A DNA stretch of 62,975 bases, filler included, from Octopus bimaculoides (lineage: Eukaryota): assembly GCF_001194135.2 (NCBI RefSeq). It is 6 parts of 5 records of this genome, joined end to end, with 100 filler letters (N's around TTAATTAATTAA, not from the genome) between each part and the next. Parts side by side here need not be neighbours in the genome. Positions count along the whole stretch, not along the records: positions 26,700 to 48,301 come from NC_068995.1; 5 more parts are not named here. One strand, 5' to 3'. The notes beneath the pieces were generated by a model, which was given only the letters and a program-made list of their open reading frames with translations, made no database searches and was not told the origin of the DNA. How positions within the stretch are numbered: position 1 is the first letter of the stretch; the number at the start of each line of letters is the position of its first letter. Shown one piece after another: positions 36,961 through 48,401 of this stretch. The position numbers and the translations under genes were made by a program.

Positions 36961-38571
36961 TGATGTTCTTCCCTTCTAAGCCAACTTTTTTTCTCTGTGG
37001 TCAAATGCCTTGGTATAATTTATGAAATGAGCCTTTTTTTTTTGTTTTTAAAAACCCACCTTTGAACATTTTTGTTTCACTATTTCTAATTTTTTTTGAT
37101 AATTTTATACATTTTTGTTTCACTATTTCTAATTTTTTTGATAGTTTTGTACATTTTGCTCTTTTTGCTTGTGTGGAGATTCTGGATTTCAACATACTTT
37201 TCATTCAGCCAGTTTTGTTTCTGTTTATATTTATTTCTTTATATTTCTTGGGGGTCAGTCTTGTTTGTCTTTTTGCATACTTAACGTCAAATGGAGAAAT
37301 TCTTTAGTCATTCATAGTTGATCTTTCTTTTCTCTGGTAATGTGCTTGCCCCATGCTTCACACTGTCTCTGATGTTTTTCCATTTGACATCGAGTTTTCC
37401 ATTGGTTGTTTCTTAGTAGTAATATTCAGTATTTGAATTTATGAGCCTTTCATATTTGTTTTTCATTTCAATGGAGTATCTCTGTCTTACATCTACTAAT
37501 CTCAGGCAGTCCATATCATAAGCATCTGCATCTTTTAAGCTTTACTCTAATGTTTGCAATGATATTTGTGTGCCAGTAATATCTGTATTAAGGGCATCAG
37601 CTTCCTGAATTAAGTCGTCTAGTTTATTTCTTTTTTTAAAGCCAAGATGTAAAATACAAGGCTGAAAAATGCCTAATTATTGAAATATCAATGGAAATAT
37701 AGGGCAACTCAAGTTGAGCTTTATTGTGTATGGCATTTTTCTTTTTCAGTGTGCATCGTTTCCTTCTATAGAGCTTTCTGAACATTTTACTTGAGCTCTG
37801 TTTGCTAAGTACTCTTGTGTATGTGTTATAAACAAATTTTTTATTTAGTCAGTCCGTCTTTGATTCCACTACATCTCTTGTGCACCAGTAGACCACATTG
37901 AGTACATCTATATTTATTATTAGACAAAATCAGTATTTCTAGTCCTCTCCTAGCCTTTCCGTTACAAACCTAGCCATAGACCTCCTCAACACACACATGC
38001 ACGCACACACACACACACAAACAAAGGTTAAATTTACCAAACTGCTTGTACCCACCTGAAATGATCTGTTCATATTTTAATGTTGATTTCATTTGTACAT
38101 TTGTGGAAATATGTGATTTGACTATGTAAACAATTGAGTTATACTATCCAACACTATTTTATATGATATTTGAGAACTGCAAACTTTTGGAGAATTTTCC
38201 CTATTTTTTTCTCCACTTAGACTTAATGAAATGCTCCACAGTGAATAAAAACTGGATACCAGTTTTATATTGTAAAGCTGGAATTTTGAATTCATAGTTT
38301 TTTCAAAAGAAGACTTTAAAAAATCTAGCAAAATATATAGCAGACATAAAAACCACATCTGTGATTATGAATGAGGTACTTATTTCTATTTCCAAAAGTG
38401 AAATGATTCTGACAATAGTTCCACTAGCAATAGACAAATGAATTTATACCTGAATGTTGTAAGAATTTGAAAACTGTTTTTCTTAGTTATTTTTATGAAA
38501 GGACTTAGACTTAGCCTTTCCAAAGAAACAAAACTGTTAGATTATTATTCTTTTCTTTAGTTTTTCCTTTG

Positions 38572-40632
38572 TGTTGTGGGAGCATTCCAACACCCCCAAG
38601 TGACTAAAAGTAGTTCACTGTGAGCCATTGCCAGAGAGCATTTAACCTTGTGTAACAGTAATGCTGGTGCATCATGTAAATATTTCTTTTCATCCTGCTT
38701 CATTAAATTATTCATCCAACACCAGGATATAAAAGTGGCGACGAGTTGTTCGAAGCTTGCATTGGACATTTAGAATTTTATTGTTTTGGTATAAAACCAA
38801 AGAAAAAATTGTTTAACATGGAGAACTTATTGGCCTCCATGGTGCAATTGCAACTGTAGCAGCAACAACAGCAAAAAAACCAGCAGTTGCTGGAATTAAT
38901 GTTGAAGTCGGAAAATACTGCAGCTCCTTGCTCACCACACAGCATAGCAAATTCAATTGAAGAATTCAGCTATAAACCAGAAGAATGGATTACCATCTCT
39001 GCATATTTTTGAAGATACGAAGAAATCTTCAAAGAAGAATGTAAAAAGTAGATGGACAGGAAAAAAGTATATTACAGCCAAATCGAAAAAGAGGTTCTAG
39101 TGATTATTTTTGCCATAAAAAAAAAATTTAACAGATTTTTGCTTGGTAGAAATTTTCGACTACAGATTAATCATCGTCTGTTATTATTGATATATGGGTG
39201 AAAGAAAGAAATCCCTACCCATATTGTTTATATTTTCCAATGCTGGAGTACTATATTATTAAACTATGGTATTAATACGGAGTATATGCCATCCAGGAAA
39301 TTAGGACACACTGATTATTTATCAAGGCTGATTTCAGAAAATGCTGAACCATTTGAAGATACTGTGATTGTTGATTTGCAAGCAGAAAATGAAATTTAAA
39401 ATATTCTGTGAAATCGTTAATGAGAAGTTATGTATATTGGCCAACAATGGACCATGACATTGAAGAATTGGCAAAAGCATGCAGTGGGTTTGCCTTAGCT
39501 GCAAAAGCACCTGCCACTAAATGGTAACCGTGGCCAAAAACAGATATTCCATGGTCCAGATTACATGTTGATTATGCAGGTCCACTTAAGGTTTCACCTT
39601 GTTTTGGTGGACAGTTTTTCAAAGTGGCCAGAAATGCATTAATGTAAAAAGCCGACATCGGTGTTACAGTAAGCTTTTTACATGAATTGTTCACCAGATA
39701 TGGTATTCCAGACACCATTGTGTCTGATATTGGAACTCAATTTATGTTGGACAAGTTCACAAAATTTTGTAAAATGTTTGTCATTGAATATATCACCACC
39801 CTGCCATAGCATCTTAGGTCAAATGGACAAGCAGATCGATTTGTTGACACTTTCAAGTGGGTATTAAAAAAGGCGAACAATGAAGTAATGGACAACTTTG
39901 CACTTCAACAATTTCTAAGAGTGTACCGAGTAACACCTGTTCCGAATACCTCATCTAGAATGTCACCCGCAAATTGATGTTTGCTAGAAAGATCAGATCT
40001 GTTTTTGATAAGTTGATACCGAGTGAAAATAGAAAAAAGCAAACAAACAAAAATACCTCAAAATTCTTCAAGTTAGGTGACAAAGTTTTTCAAAACATAT
40101 AGATATGGTAAAGATAGCTGCGAGGACAGTCTAATCATTAAACAATTTGGAAAAATGTTATTCCTAGTAAAAGGAAAAAACATTGAACATAGAAGACATA
40201 TTAACCTTCTTAAGAAAAGATTCATGGAAAAACAGTCACAAGAAATGAAATCCCCATGGAAGTATTTGTATGACACATTTGAGGTACCAACACCCAAACA
40301 ATTTGAAACTACATGTTCTAGCACCAGAAAATGGAAACAGTGGAATTGAACCCTAAATGTAAGAGATATTGAAACTCTGGGTGGAATTTAATTTTCAAAA
40401 GGGGAGAAGTTAGGAGAGACTAGAAAAGGGGGGATGTTGTAGAAGAACCCCCTTGTGACTAAAAGGTGGATGACACATTGCTATTAAATAAAGAACTGTC
40501 AATGAGCAATGGATTGGTAAGTAGTTTGCTGTGAGCCGTTGTTAGAGAGCATTTAACCTTGTCTAACAGTAATAGTCGTGTGTCATGTAAATATTTCTTC
40601 CCTACTGCTTCATTAAATTATTTAATCCAACA
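38572..40632 (+). mobile_element. Ty3/Gypsy (Mag-like) LTR retrotransposon, internally deleted
   Basis: 5' LTR 38572-38721 and 3' LTR 40435-40632, both TGTTG..CAACA. PBS-like AAAAGTGGCGACGAG at ~38731 and PPT AAAAGGGGGGA before 40435. Flanks CTTTG and CTTAG (4/5 TSD). Gag N-terminus is joined to RNase H (YSQIEKE, LSRL); integrase core PWSRLHVDYAGP..GIPDTIVSDIGTQF..SNGQADRFV. Confidence 0.88.
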
Positions 40633-41188
40633 CTTAGTTTGAATGATTTTTGCAGAAATGAATCATTATTCAGAGCATAAACAAAGAGGAAAAAAAGTCT
40701 GTTGAGTTTTCCCATAGATTTAGCCCATAGAAGAGTTAAATCAAAACTGAATTTGGTCAATAAGATGTTCCTGTATGTGCGTATGTAAGTTTGACTGAAG
40801 AATTCTAGAGAAACAAAGTATGGAACACCAATTATGTCAGAGTCAAAAGAAACAAAATTGACTATTTTACGCTCATTCACCTAATCTCCTATATAGAAAT
40901 GTGGAAAGGTATTAGTAACGAAAAAAAAAAAAAAACGGTAACTCTGAATACGACTTCTATTTATAATTAAACTTTTACATATTTTGCATGAAGATATTTT
41001 AAAAAATTTTGTTGTCTATGGAAAGTCATTATGCTAATATAAGTTTTTTAAATATAATTGTTTTTGTTTGATTATTGTCTGTTTCAAGTTTACAGTACAT
41101 ATTTTTTATTACTGTATTGTTATCTGAATATAATGCTTTTGTAAAATTACTATGTTTTACATCTAAGTGTTCATTTTCTTCCCAATAG

Positions 41189-41339
41189 GTTGCTCTTCAC
41201 AAATTTGTACGATTAGCTGGAGATCTGTTGCCTTCTTCTCTCTATGTGCCTTATATCAAAATGTTAACAGGTTTGGCAAATAGCCCTCAGTGTGCTTGGC
41301 ACTGCTATAATCTTTTGAAAATGAACAGTATGAACTCTG
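41189..41339 (+). CDS. NUP205: Nucleoporin NUP205, internal coding exon (151 nt, phase 0/1)
   Basis: Acceptor tttcttcccaatAG and donor GTaagc at 41340. Translates VALHKFVRLAGDLLPSSLYVPYIKMLTGLANSPQCAWHCYNLLKMNSMNS, matching recalled NUP205 VVLSKFVRQMGDLLPPTIYIPYLKMLQGLANGPQCAHYCFSLLKVN. Phase-compatible with both neighbouring exons. Confidence 0.92.
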
Positions 41340-41345
41340 GTAAGC

Positions 41346-43515
41346 ATCATCATCATCATCATTTAATGTCTGTTTTCTATGCTGGTATAAGTTGGATGGT
41401 TTAACAGGATCTGGTGAGCTGCAAGGGCATGTCAAGCTCCAGTATCAGTTTTGTCTATGGTTAGATACCATTCCTAACATCACCTACTTTACAGAGTGTA
41501 CTGGGTGCTTTATTTGTATCACTGGTAATAATGAAGTTGCTGTGTAAACTTGCAAGATAGAATAAGAACTTTACTTTGATTCCACCACACTACTTGTGTG
41601 TCCATAGTTTGCACTGAGCATACCTTATGGAATTCCTGCCTACACCTTTCCTTCATATCAAACAGCACCATTTACCAGAAGAGTGTAGGGTTTCTATCTG
41701 TTTTATGCTTAGAAGAACTTTGGTCTTTGGGAAGTTAACTTTGAGGCTCTTTGATTCCTGGTTTTGCTTCTTTCTATTAATAGAAATTATTTTCTAATTC
41801 TGTTACAGATTCTGCTATCTGAGCAGAATCATCAGCATATGGTAGTTCCCAGGGATAATCAGTCTTCAGTTTTCTTGTTATGGCCTGGAGAGGATTGAGG
41901 ACCTAGCTGCAGTGAACACCTTCCTGTACACTAAATTTGTCACTGTACTCATAGCTAACTCTCTCTCTCTACTGACAGCACTCTTGTACATGGCTTGTAC
42001 AGCTTTCACAAGCCATTTGCCTACCTCTAGTTTCCTCAGAGATCAACATATCACAAAGTGAGGGACTCTGTCGAAGGTTTTCTTCAGGTCAGTGCATGCC
42101 AAATACATTGTTTTTACTCTTAGCTAAATACTTCTGCAGTTGTCTCAGAAGATAGTATCAGTAGTACTTTAACCTGGTACAAAATCAAATTACATCTCAT
42201 CTAGTCTAATTTTGTATTTAGTTAATTGAGCTATGGTTCTTTCCCTAACTTTCATGATCTGCTTCAGCGATGTGAGATACCTCTGTAATTCTATCTAAGA
42301 CTTCAATACCTCTGTGATTGTATCTAAGGCTTCCCCTTTACTTTTGTAATAGCTGACTACAATCCTGCTACACCAGTCATTAGGTGTGGCACCTTCCTGA
42401 ATAACCTGATAACCTATCCAGGTGACAAGATCATATACTGCACCACCAGATATTTTAAGCATCTCAGCAGTAATTCCTGATGGACCAGGGGCTTATTCAC
42501 TTTATCTATCATATTGATGTCAACTAGGCTTGCTGGTCTCTCTGTTGGGTTCACATTAGGAAGTCTTCTTTTCTCTCATACATTTCCACATTTAATAACC
42601 TTTTATAGTAGTACTTCCACACTGCTTTTCTTTTCAGAGTCACTAGGTGCAAACTGCCACTATCTATATTTACACACTTCTCACTCACATGTTTCTCTTT
42701 GATCCACTAAAACATTTCTTATGCAAACTTCTTTCTTTCTGCTTCTACTCTTGCTAGATAAATCTGTTGCCCAGCTTCCCTTTTATCTACTTGATATGGT
42801 TCTCTGCTATCTCCCTTCCTCCACTCTTTCCCAAACTGTCTTGTCTATTTTATGGCCCTGCCTGCCTCACTGTCCCATGACCATACCACCCTTGGTCTGG
42901 CTGGAGTTTTGCACCAGTCACAAATTTAGTCTGTTGTACTCAAGAGGTTATCATGTAAGAACTTCCAGTTGTCCTTTATGTCATATGTCTATTTTTTCCT
43001 CTTCATCAAATGCTTCAGTTAGACCATCTCTAAATTTCTGGCTGTTTGAAGTATCCTTAAGCTTCTGTATTCTCGTTTTACATAACAGTTTATGTCTGTG
43101 AGTCATTCATGCATTAAGTATGAAGCCATTGACCACTAATCTATGTTGAATTATATATTCTTCACCTGGGAAGGGCTTTGCATTCACATGCATCTGCCTA
43201 TCACTGTTTCTGGTCAGAATGTAGTCAATCTGGCATGTATGTCTACCTGACTGATAGATAATCAGATGGCTAACAAGTTTGTTGAAGTTAGAATATTGCA
43301 GATCAGTGAGTCATTTGCATCACAAAACCCCATCACCATTGTTTCCTCCTCATTTCTAATACCAAAGCTATAACTTCCATGCATGCCATAAGATCCTCTG
43401 GAGTGCTGCCCAATACAACTATTGAAGTCATCAGCCATGATCATAATGTTATTCTCTTTCATTGTTGAGGTAGTCTGCAAAAGAAGCTCATAGAAAATGG
43501 TCCTTTTGTTCATCT
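41346..43515 (-). mobile_element. Decayed RTE LINE (APE endonuclease, RT, family C tail), antisense in NUP205 intron
   Basis: MADDFNSCIG..GIRNEE..FCDAND..QIDYIL (endonuclease, ~43500-43200); WELPYADD at ~41830; (GAT)n tail ending at ~41346. Confidence 0.75.
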
Positions 43516-43866
43516 GCTAGTTCACTGTGTTGTTAAATAAAAATTGCAATGAGTTACTTTGTTTTGAAAATAATTTTAATCCCTGGGTTATTCATCATGT
43601 TAAACAGCTTCCATCTTAAAAATATATTGTCACTCTCTTTTATTTGTCACTCTCTTTTCTGTTATTGGTCTATAACTGAATTAATCTGCTGTCCTTTTTA
43701 ATTTCTTTTTTATTACATGTTGTTACTAACAGGAATTACTTGTTGTACACTAGTGATATGCTATAGTAACATTAATGGATTATGTATTCAATAATCTGAA
43801 GTATGTTTTACTCTAACAGAGTTATTCATTTCTATTTATATTTAGAATTACTGATGTAACCTTTTG

Positions 43867-44623
43867 TTGTAATGTTATAATCAGTCCGAATATGTTTGAG
43901 GCTCATTTGAACTGGAGAACAAGCTACTCAGTGCGTTTTGTCATGGAAAACATATCCTGTTTTTTTATAGATGGTGTGTATACACATATATTGGCTTGCA
44001 GCACCACCTACCCAAACCGTAAGATACAAGCATTTTGGAGTAGTTATCTCCTCTTCGGTCATGGACACCAGGCAGGCGGCGCTGTGTTCCGATTGAAGAG
44101 ACTGACTCTCTTATGCTTTTCCAGTTGCCGTATGGTGACTGGCAGCACTGTGCAGCAGCTCAGAGGGAGAGCTGTAAGTAGTGATGAGTAAAATTGTAAT
44201 GTTATTATCAGTCTGAATATGCTTGAGGCACACTTGAACCAGTGAAGAAGCTACTCACTGCATTTTGTCATGGAAAATATATCCCATTTGTTGACAAATG
44301 GTGTGTATACAGCACTGTCAGTCACCGTATAGCAACTGGAAAAGCATGAGAGTCAGTCTCTTCAATCAGCTTGTAGCACTACCTGCCTGGTGTCTGTGAC
44401 TGAACAGGAGATAACTACTCCACAATACTTGCATCTCATGGTCTGGGTAGGTGGCATTGCGAGTTGATATAGGTGTATACACACCATTTCTCAACAAATG
44501 GGATGTATTTTCCATGACAAAATGCAGGGAGTAGCTTGTTCACTGGTGTGAATGTACCTCAACCATATTCGAACTGATAATAAAATTACAATTTTACTTA
44601 TCACTGCTTAGCACTCCCCTCTG
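43867..44623. repeat. Nested tandem and inverted repeat (foldback)
   Basis: Segments A (43867-43983), B (43984-44150), C (44161-44193), A' (44194-44310), then rcB (44311-44474), rcA (44475-44591), rcC (44592-44623). Confidence 0.85.
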
Positions 44624-44927
44624 TAAGTAACTTTTAGCGAAATCAAAATAGAAGAAAAATTATAAAATTTAGTTACAGATAAAACAGGTGATTATTTGAT
44701 AGTGAACCATCAAACATAGAATGAACAAAATAATACAATAGAACAAATAATAAAGCAAATATAGCTTTACATACAGTAGATGTAAATATGCAGGCATAAA
44801 ATAAACATAGTGTAATAAATCTCTCACAAACACAGATGTATTACTGAGTTGTTTTACTATTAATTTGTTTCCAACTGTTGATATAAATTTGTCAATTTAA
44901 ATAGTGTATTTCATTATCTGTTTATAG

Positions 44928-45112
44928 GAGGTTCTACACAAATGGTATCTTGGGATCACATTTTTCTTTCTCTGAATCAGTACTATGTAAGTCTTCGCCG
45001 TGAAGTTCCCTGTCAGACATTTGGTAGTTACCATGCACATGGTGGAATCACACCACAGGAACAAGAAGCACTCATAGTTGTTTTACAACTTACTCAGCAA
45101 ATTGCCAATCAG
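44928..45112 (+). CDS. NUP205: Nucleoporin NUP205, internal coding exon (185 nt, phase 1/0)
   Basis: Acceptor tctgtttatAG and donor GTaaaa at 45113. Translates (G)GSTQMVSWDHIFLSLNQYYVSLRREVPCQTFGSYHAHGGITPQEQEALIVVLQLTQQIANQ, matching recalled NUP205 GGSPVSWEHFFHSL..RGITQKEQDGLIAFLQL. Overlaps ORF 44942..45175. Confidence 0.92.
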
Positions 45113-46639
45113 GTAAAAAATATTTTGTTTTATATAGTTGGAATTTTTGTATCTCAAAATTTTTATTTTGGATAGTATTTTTGCCTCCTTTTCTCCACAC
45201 ATTTCTTAAGAAGTCTTAGGAAGTAGCTTATACAATAAGTATGTGACTCATACTACAGCTTTTGACTAAGTTAAAATTAGCTTTTAACATCATTAAAAAA
45301 TTTTTTAGTCAAAAGATGTCTTTGTATTGATTGAGCAGAAAATGTCTAAAATTGAGTTTGTGTATTTAAATGCTTATAATGCTTTCAGTATTGGTAGGAT
45401 TATTGTGAAAATTAGTAGTTTTGTGTAAAAAATAAAATAAAACTGTCTTTTAATCTAAGTAGTTATTTGTGCTTAAAAAAATATTGTGATCATGTGGTTG
45501 TTCACTCAATGTCCTGTACTGCAATTAACTGCAAGACCTAACCCACACATAAGTGCAGTTCCTATTGTAGTAGCCCAATCCAGCAGCGGATTGTTATTGT
45601 GGTAGCCCATAAAGCAGGATCTACGTACTTTTTTGAGTGATAAAGTTTAGCTTCATTTTAGAACAAACATCGTATGAAAAGACTTTCTGTTTGCAATATA
45701 GAAATTTCTTTATCCAGCAAACTTTAGATATTTTTCCTTGCCTTCATTTTCAAGCATTGTGGCAGGTATGTCCCAAACAGTGAGTTAAAATTCAGTCATA
45801 TCATTTATTAATGATTTATTTTATTATTATTTATTAATGATGTAATTAGATAAGAGAGCTTGTTCTTTGAGAAAATAGTCATAGAGATATTACAGTGACA
45901 TCTGTATGCAAAAGTTATCTGAATGATATCAGGTTTTATTGATTTTGAGCAGGATTGAAGTGATCATCTATTTCATCATTACTTTGGTGCTTAATGATAT
46001 GGGCCTGATAAAACTATTGAGCTCTCAAGTAAAGTCTGTTGAGTATTTTCTGCTGAAGAAATTTTTTTGTCAGAATGTGTGATGACACCACAAGATATGT
46101 ACATCAAAGTGACACCTTCTTCCTTACATTAATGGAAGAGATAAATGGATTTTCTGCTGAAAATCATTTTCAATGTACACCAAATGTCATTACTTCATAT
46201 TAGCAACTTTTATCCAAACTCATAATTATATTTTTGTGATTTTTATACTAGACTAACTGTATTTCAACAAAATTTCTAGTTTTTACCAGTATTTGGAGAT
46301 GTATATAGAGAAAGCATTACAAAAATTTAAGAGTTAATTAATAGCATACTTATAACCAAAAACTGATACACTGTTTGGTAAACAAATTTAACCCTTTTGT
46401 TACTATATTTCTAACCAAAAAACATGTCCCGTATGCTTCAATTAAACTCTAAAATAATTGTGAATTCAGATGGGTTTCATAAAACAACTTCTTCTATTTA
46501 TGAACATGTTAATGTAATATTTTATCAAAAGGTTCTTGATTAAATGTATTACCTAATTTTGTTGCAAAGTGACTTTAATTGCAGGTAAATTCAAATAAAT
46601 ATAAAATTATTCAAATTTTTTTCCAGCATCACCATAGAA

Positions 46640-47960
46640 AGTAAGTTATTAGGTAACATGAAGGCAGTGGTTCATGCGTCACGATCTCTGATAGCAGCAG
46701 TGAAATATTATTGTTAAATTGAAAAAGAAATTAGAGATTATTGTTGCCATGAAAAAGTTTCACAGATTTTTACTCAATAGAAGTTTTCGACTACAGACTG
46801 ATCACCCTCCATCTTGATTGAAAAAAAGAATTCCTACCCATACCGCTTATAGGTTATAACACTGGGGTATGATATTATTAAACTATAATTTCAAGGTGGA
46901 GTATATACCATCCAAGAAACTAGGACATGCGGATTGTCTATCGAGACTGATTTAAAAAAATATGGAAGCATTTGAAGATACCATGATTGCTGCTTTGCGA
47001 ACAGAAAATGAAATTAAAAATGTTTTGTATAACGTGATTCATGAATGGCCTTATTTTACAAGACAAAATTAGGAACAATTGGAAAACGATAAATTTATCA
47101 TAAAAATGAAAGAAATGCTGAAGGCTAAAAGGGATAAAAATATGCGCAACACAAATGCATACCATTTCTCACTGTGTGACAATGTGTTGATGTATGCACA
47201 AAGAGTCGTAGTGCCAGTCACACTACAAAAGCGATTATTAAAAAAATTTCACATTGGTCACCCAGGGATTTCGAGAATGAAATCATTAATGAGAAGTTAC
47301 ATATATTGGCCAACAATGGACTGTGACATTGAAGAATTGGTGAAAGACTGCAGAGTGTGTGCCTTAACTGCAAAAGAACCTACCATTAAATGGCAACCAT
47401 AGCCAAAAACAGATATTCCATGGTCCAGACTGCATGTTAATTGTGCAGGTATACTTATTGTGGACAGTTTTTCAAAGTGGCTAGAAATGTATAAATGTAA
47501 AACGCTGACATCAGTGGTTACAGTAAGCTTTTTGCACAAATTGTTCACCAGGTATGGTATTCTAGATACCATTGTGTCTAATAATGGAACTCAATTTACA
47601 TTGGACAAGTTCACAAAATTTTATAAAATATTTGTCATGGAACATGTCACCACTCTACTGTATCATCCTAGGTCGAATGGACAAGCGGAGCAATTTGTTG
47701 ACACTTTCATGAGGGCATTGAAAAAAACAAACAATGAAGTGATGGACGATTTTGCACTTTAATAGTTTCTAAGAGTGTACCGAGTTACACCTATTCCGAA
47801 TACACAATGGGAGAGTGTCACCTGCAGAATTGATGTTTGCGAGAAAGATCATATCTGTTTTTGATAAGCTGATAACTAGTGAAAATATCAAAAAGCAAAC
47901 TACAAAAATATTTCAAAATTCTTCAAATTAGGTGACAATGTTTGTTTTTAAAACCTATAG
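46640..47960 (+). mobile_element. Gypsy (Mag-like) RNase H-integrase fragment, same family as 38572-40632
   Basis: HHCC domain KFHIGHPGISRMKSLMRSYIYWP..CRVC; core VDSFSKW..GILDTIVSNNGTQF..SNGQAEQFV; long nucleotide similarity to 39080-40090. Confidence 0.88.
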
Positions 47961-48237
47961 GCCCTTTTGTCGAACAGCTAAATTACAGAGACGTAAGCAC
48001 ACGAGCTTCAGTTGTCAAGTGATGTTGCAGGGACAAACACTGACACACAGACATATACACACACATCCATATATATGATGGGTTTCTTTCAGTATCCGTC
48101 TGCCAAATTCACTCACAAGTCTTTGGTTGGCTCAAGGCTATAGTAGAAGACAATTGCCCAAGGTCCCACGCAGAGGGACCTCATGGTTGGAACCATGTGG
48201 TTGGAAAGCAAACTGCTTACCACACAGCCACTCCTAC
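47961..48237 (-). mobile_element. SINE family B, near-complete
   Basis: gggtttctttcagt..actcacaag..aaggctatagtagaagac..gcccaagg..ggaaccatgtggttgg..ttaccacacagccactcct. Confidence 0.8.
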
Positions 48238-48250
48238 ATCTGTATATATA

Positions 48251-48301
<51 letters not shown>

Positions 48302-48401
48302 NNNNNNNNNNNNNNNNNNNNNNNNNNNNNNNNNNNNNNNNNNNNTTAATTAATTAANNNNNNNNNNNNNNNNNNNNNNNNNNNNNNNNNNNNNNNNNNN
48401 N
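48302..48401. other. Artificial scaffold-join spacer
   Basis: 44 N + TTAATTAATTAA (48346-48357) + 44 N. Confidence 0.95.

Noticed and set aside
45480-46200. Possible hAT transposase remnant on the minus strand
   Set aside because: Too degenerate; no motif I can defend without a profile search.
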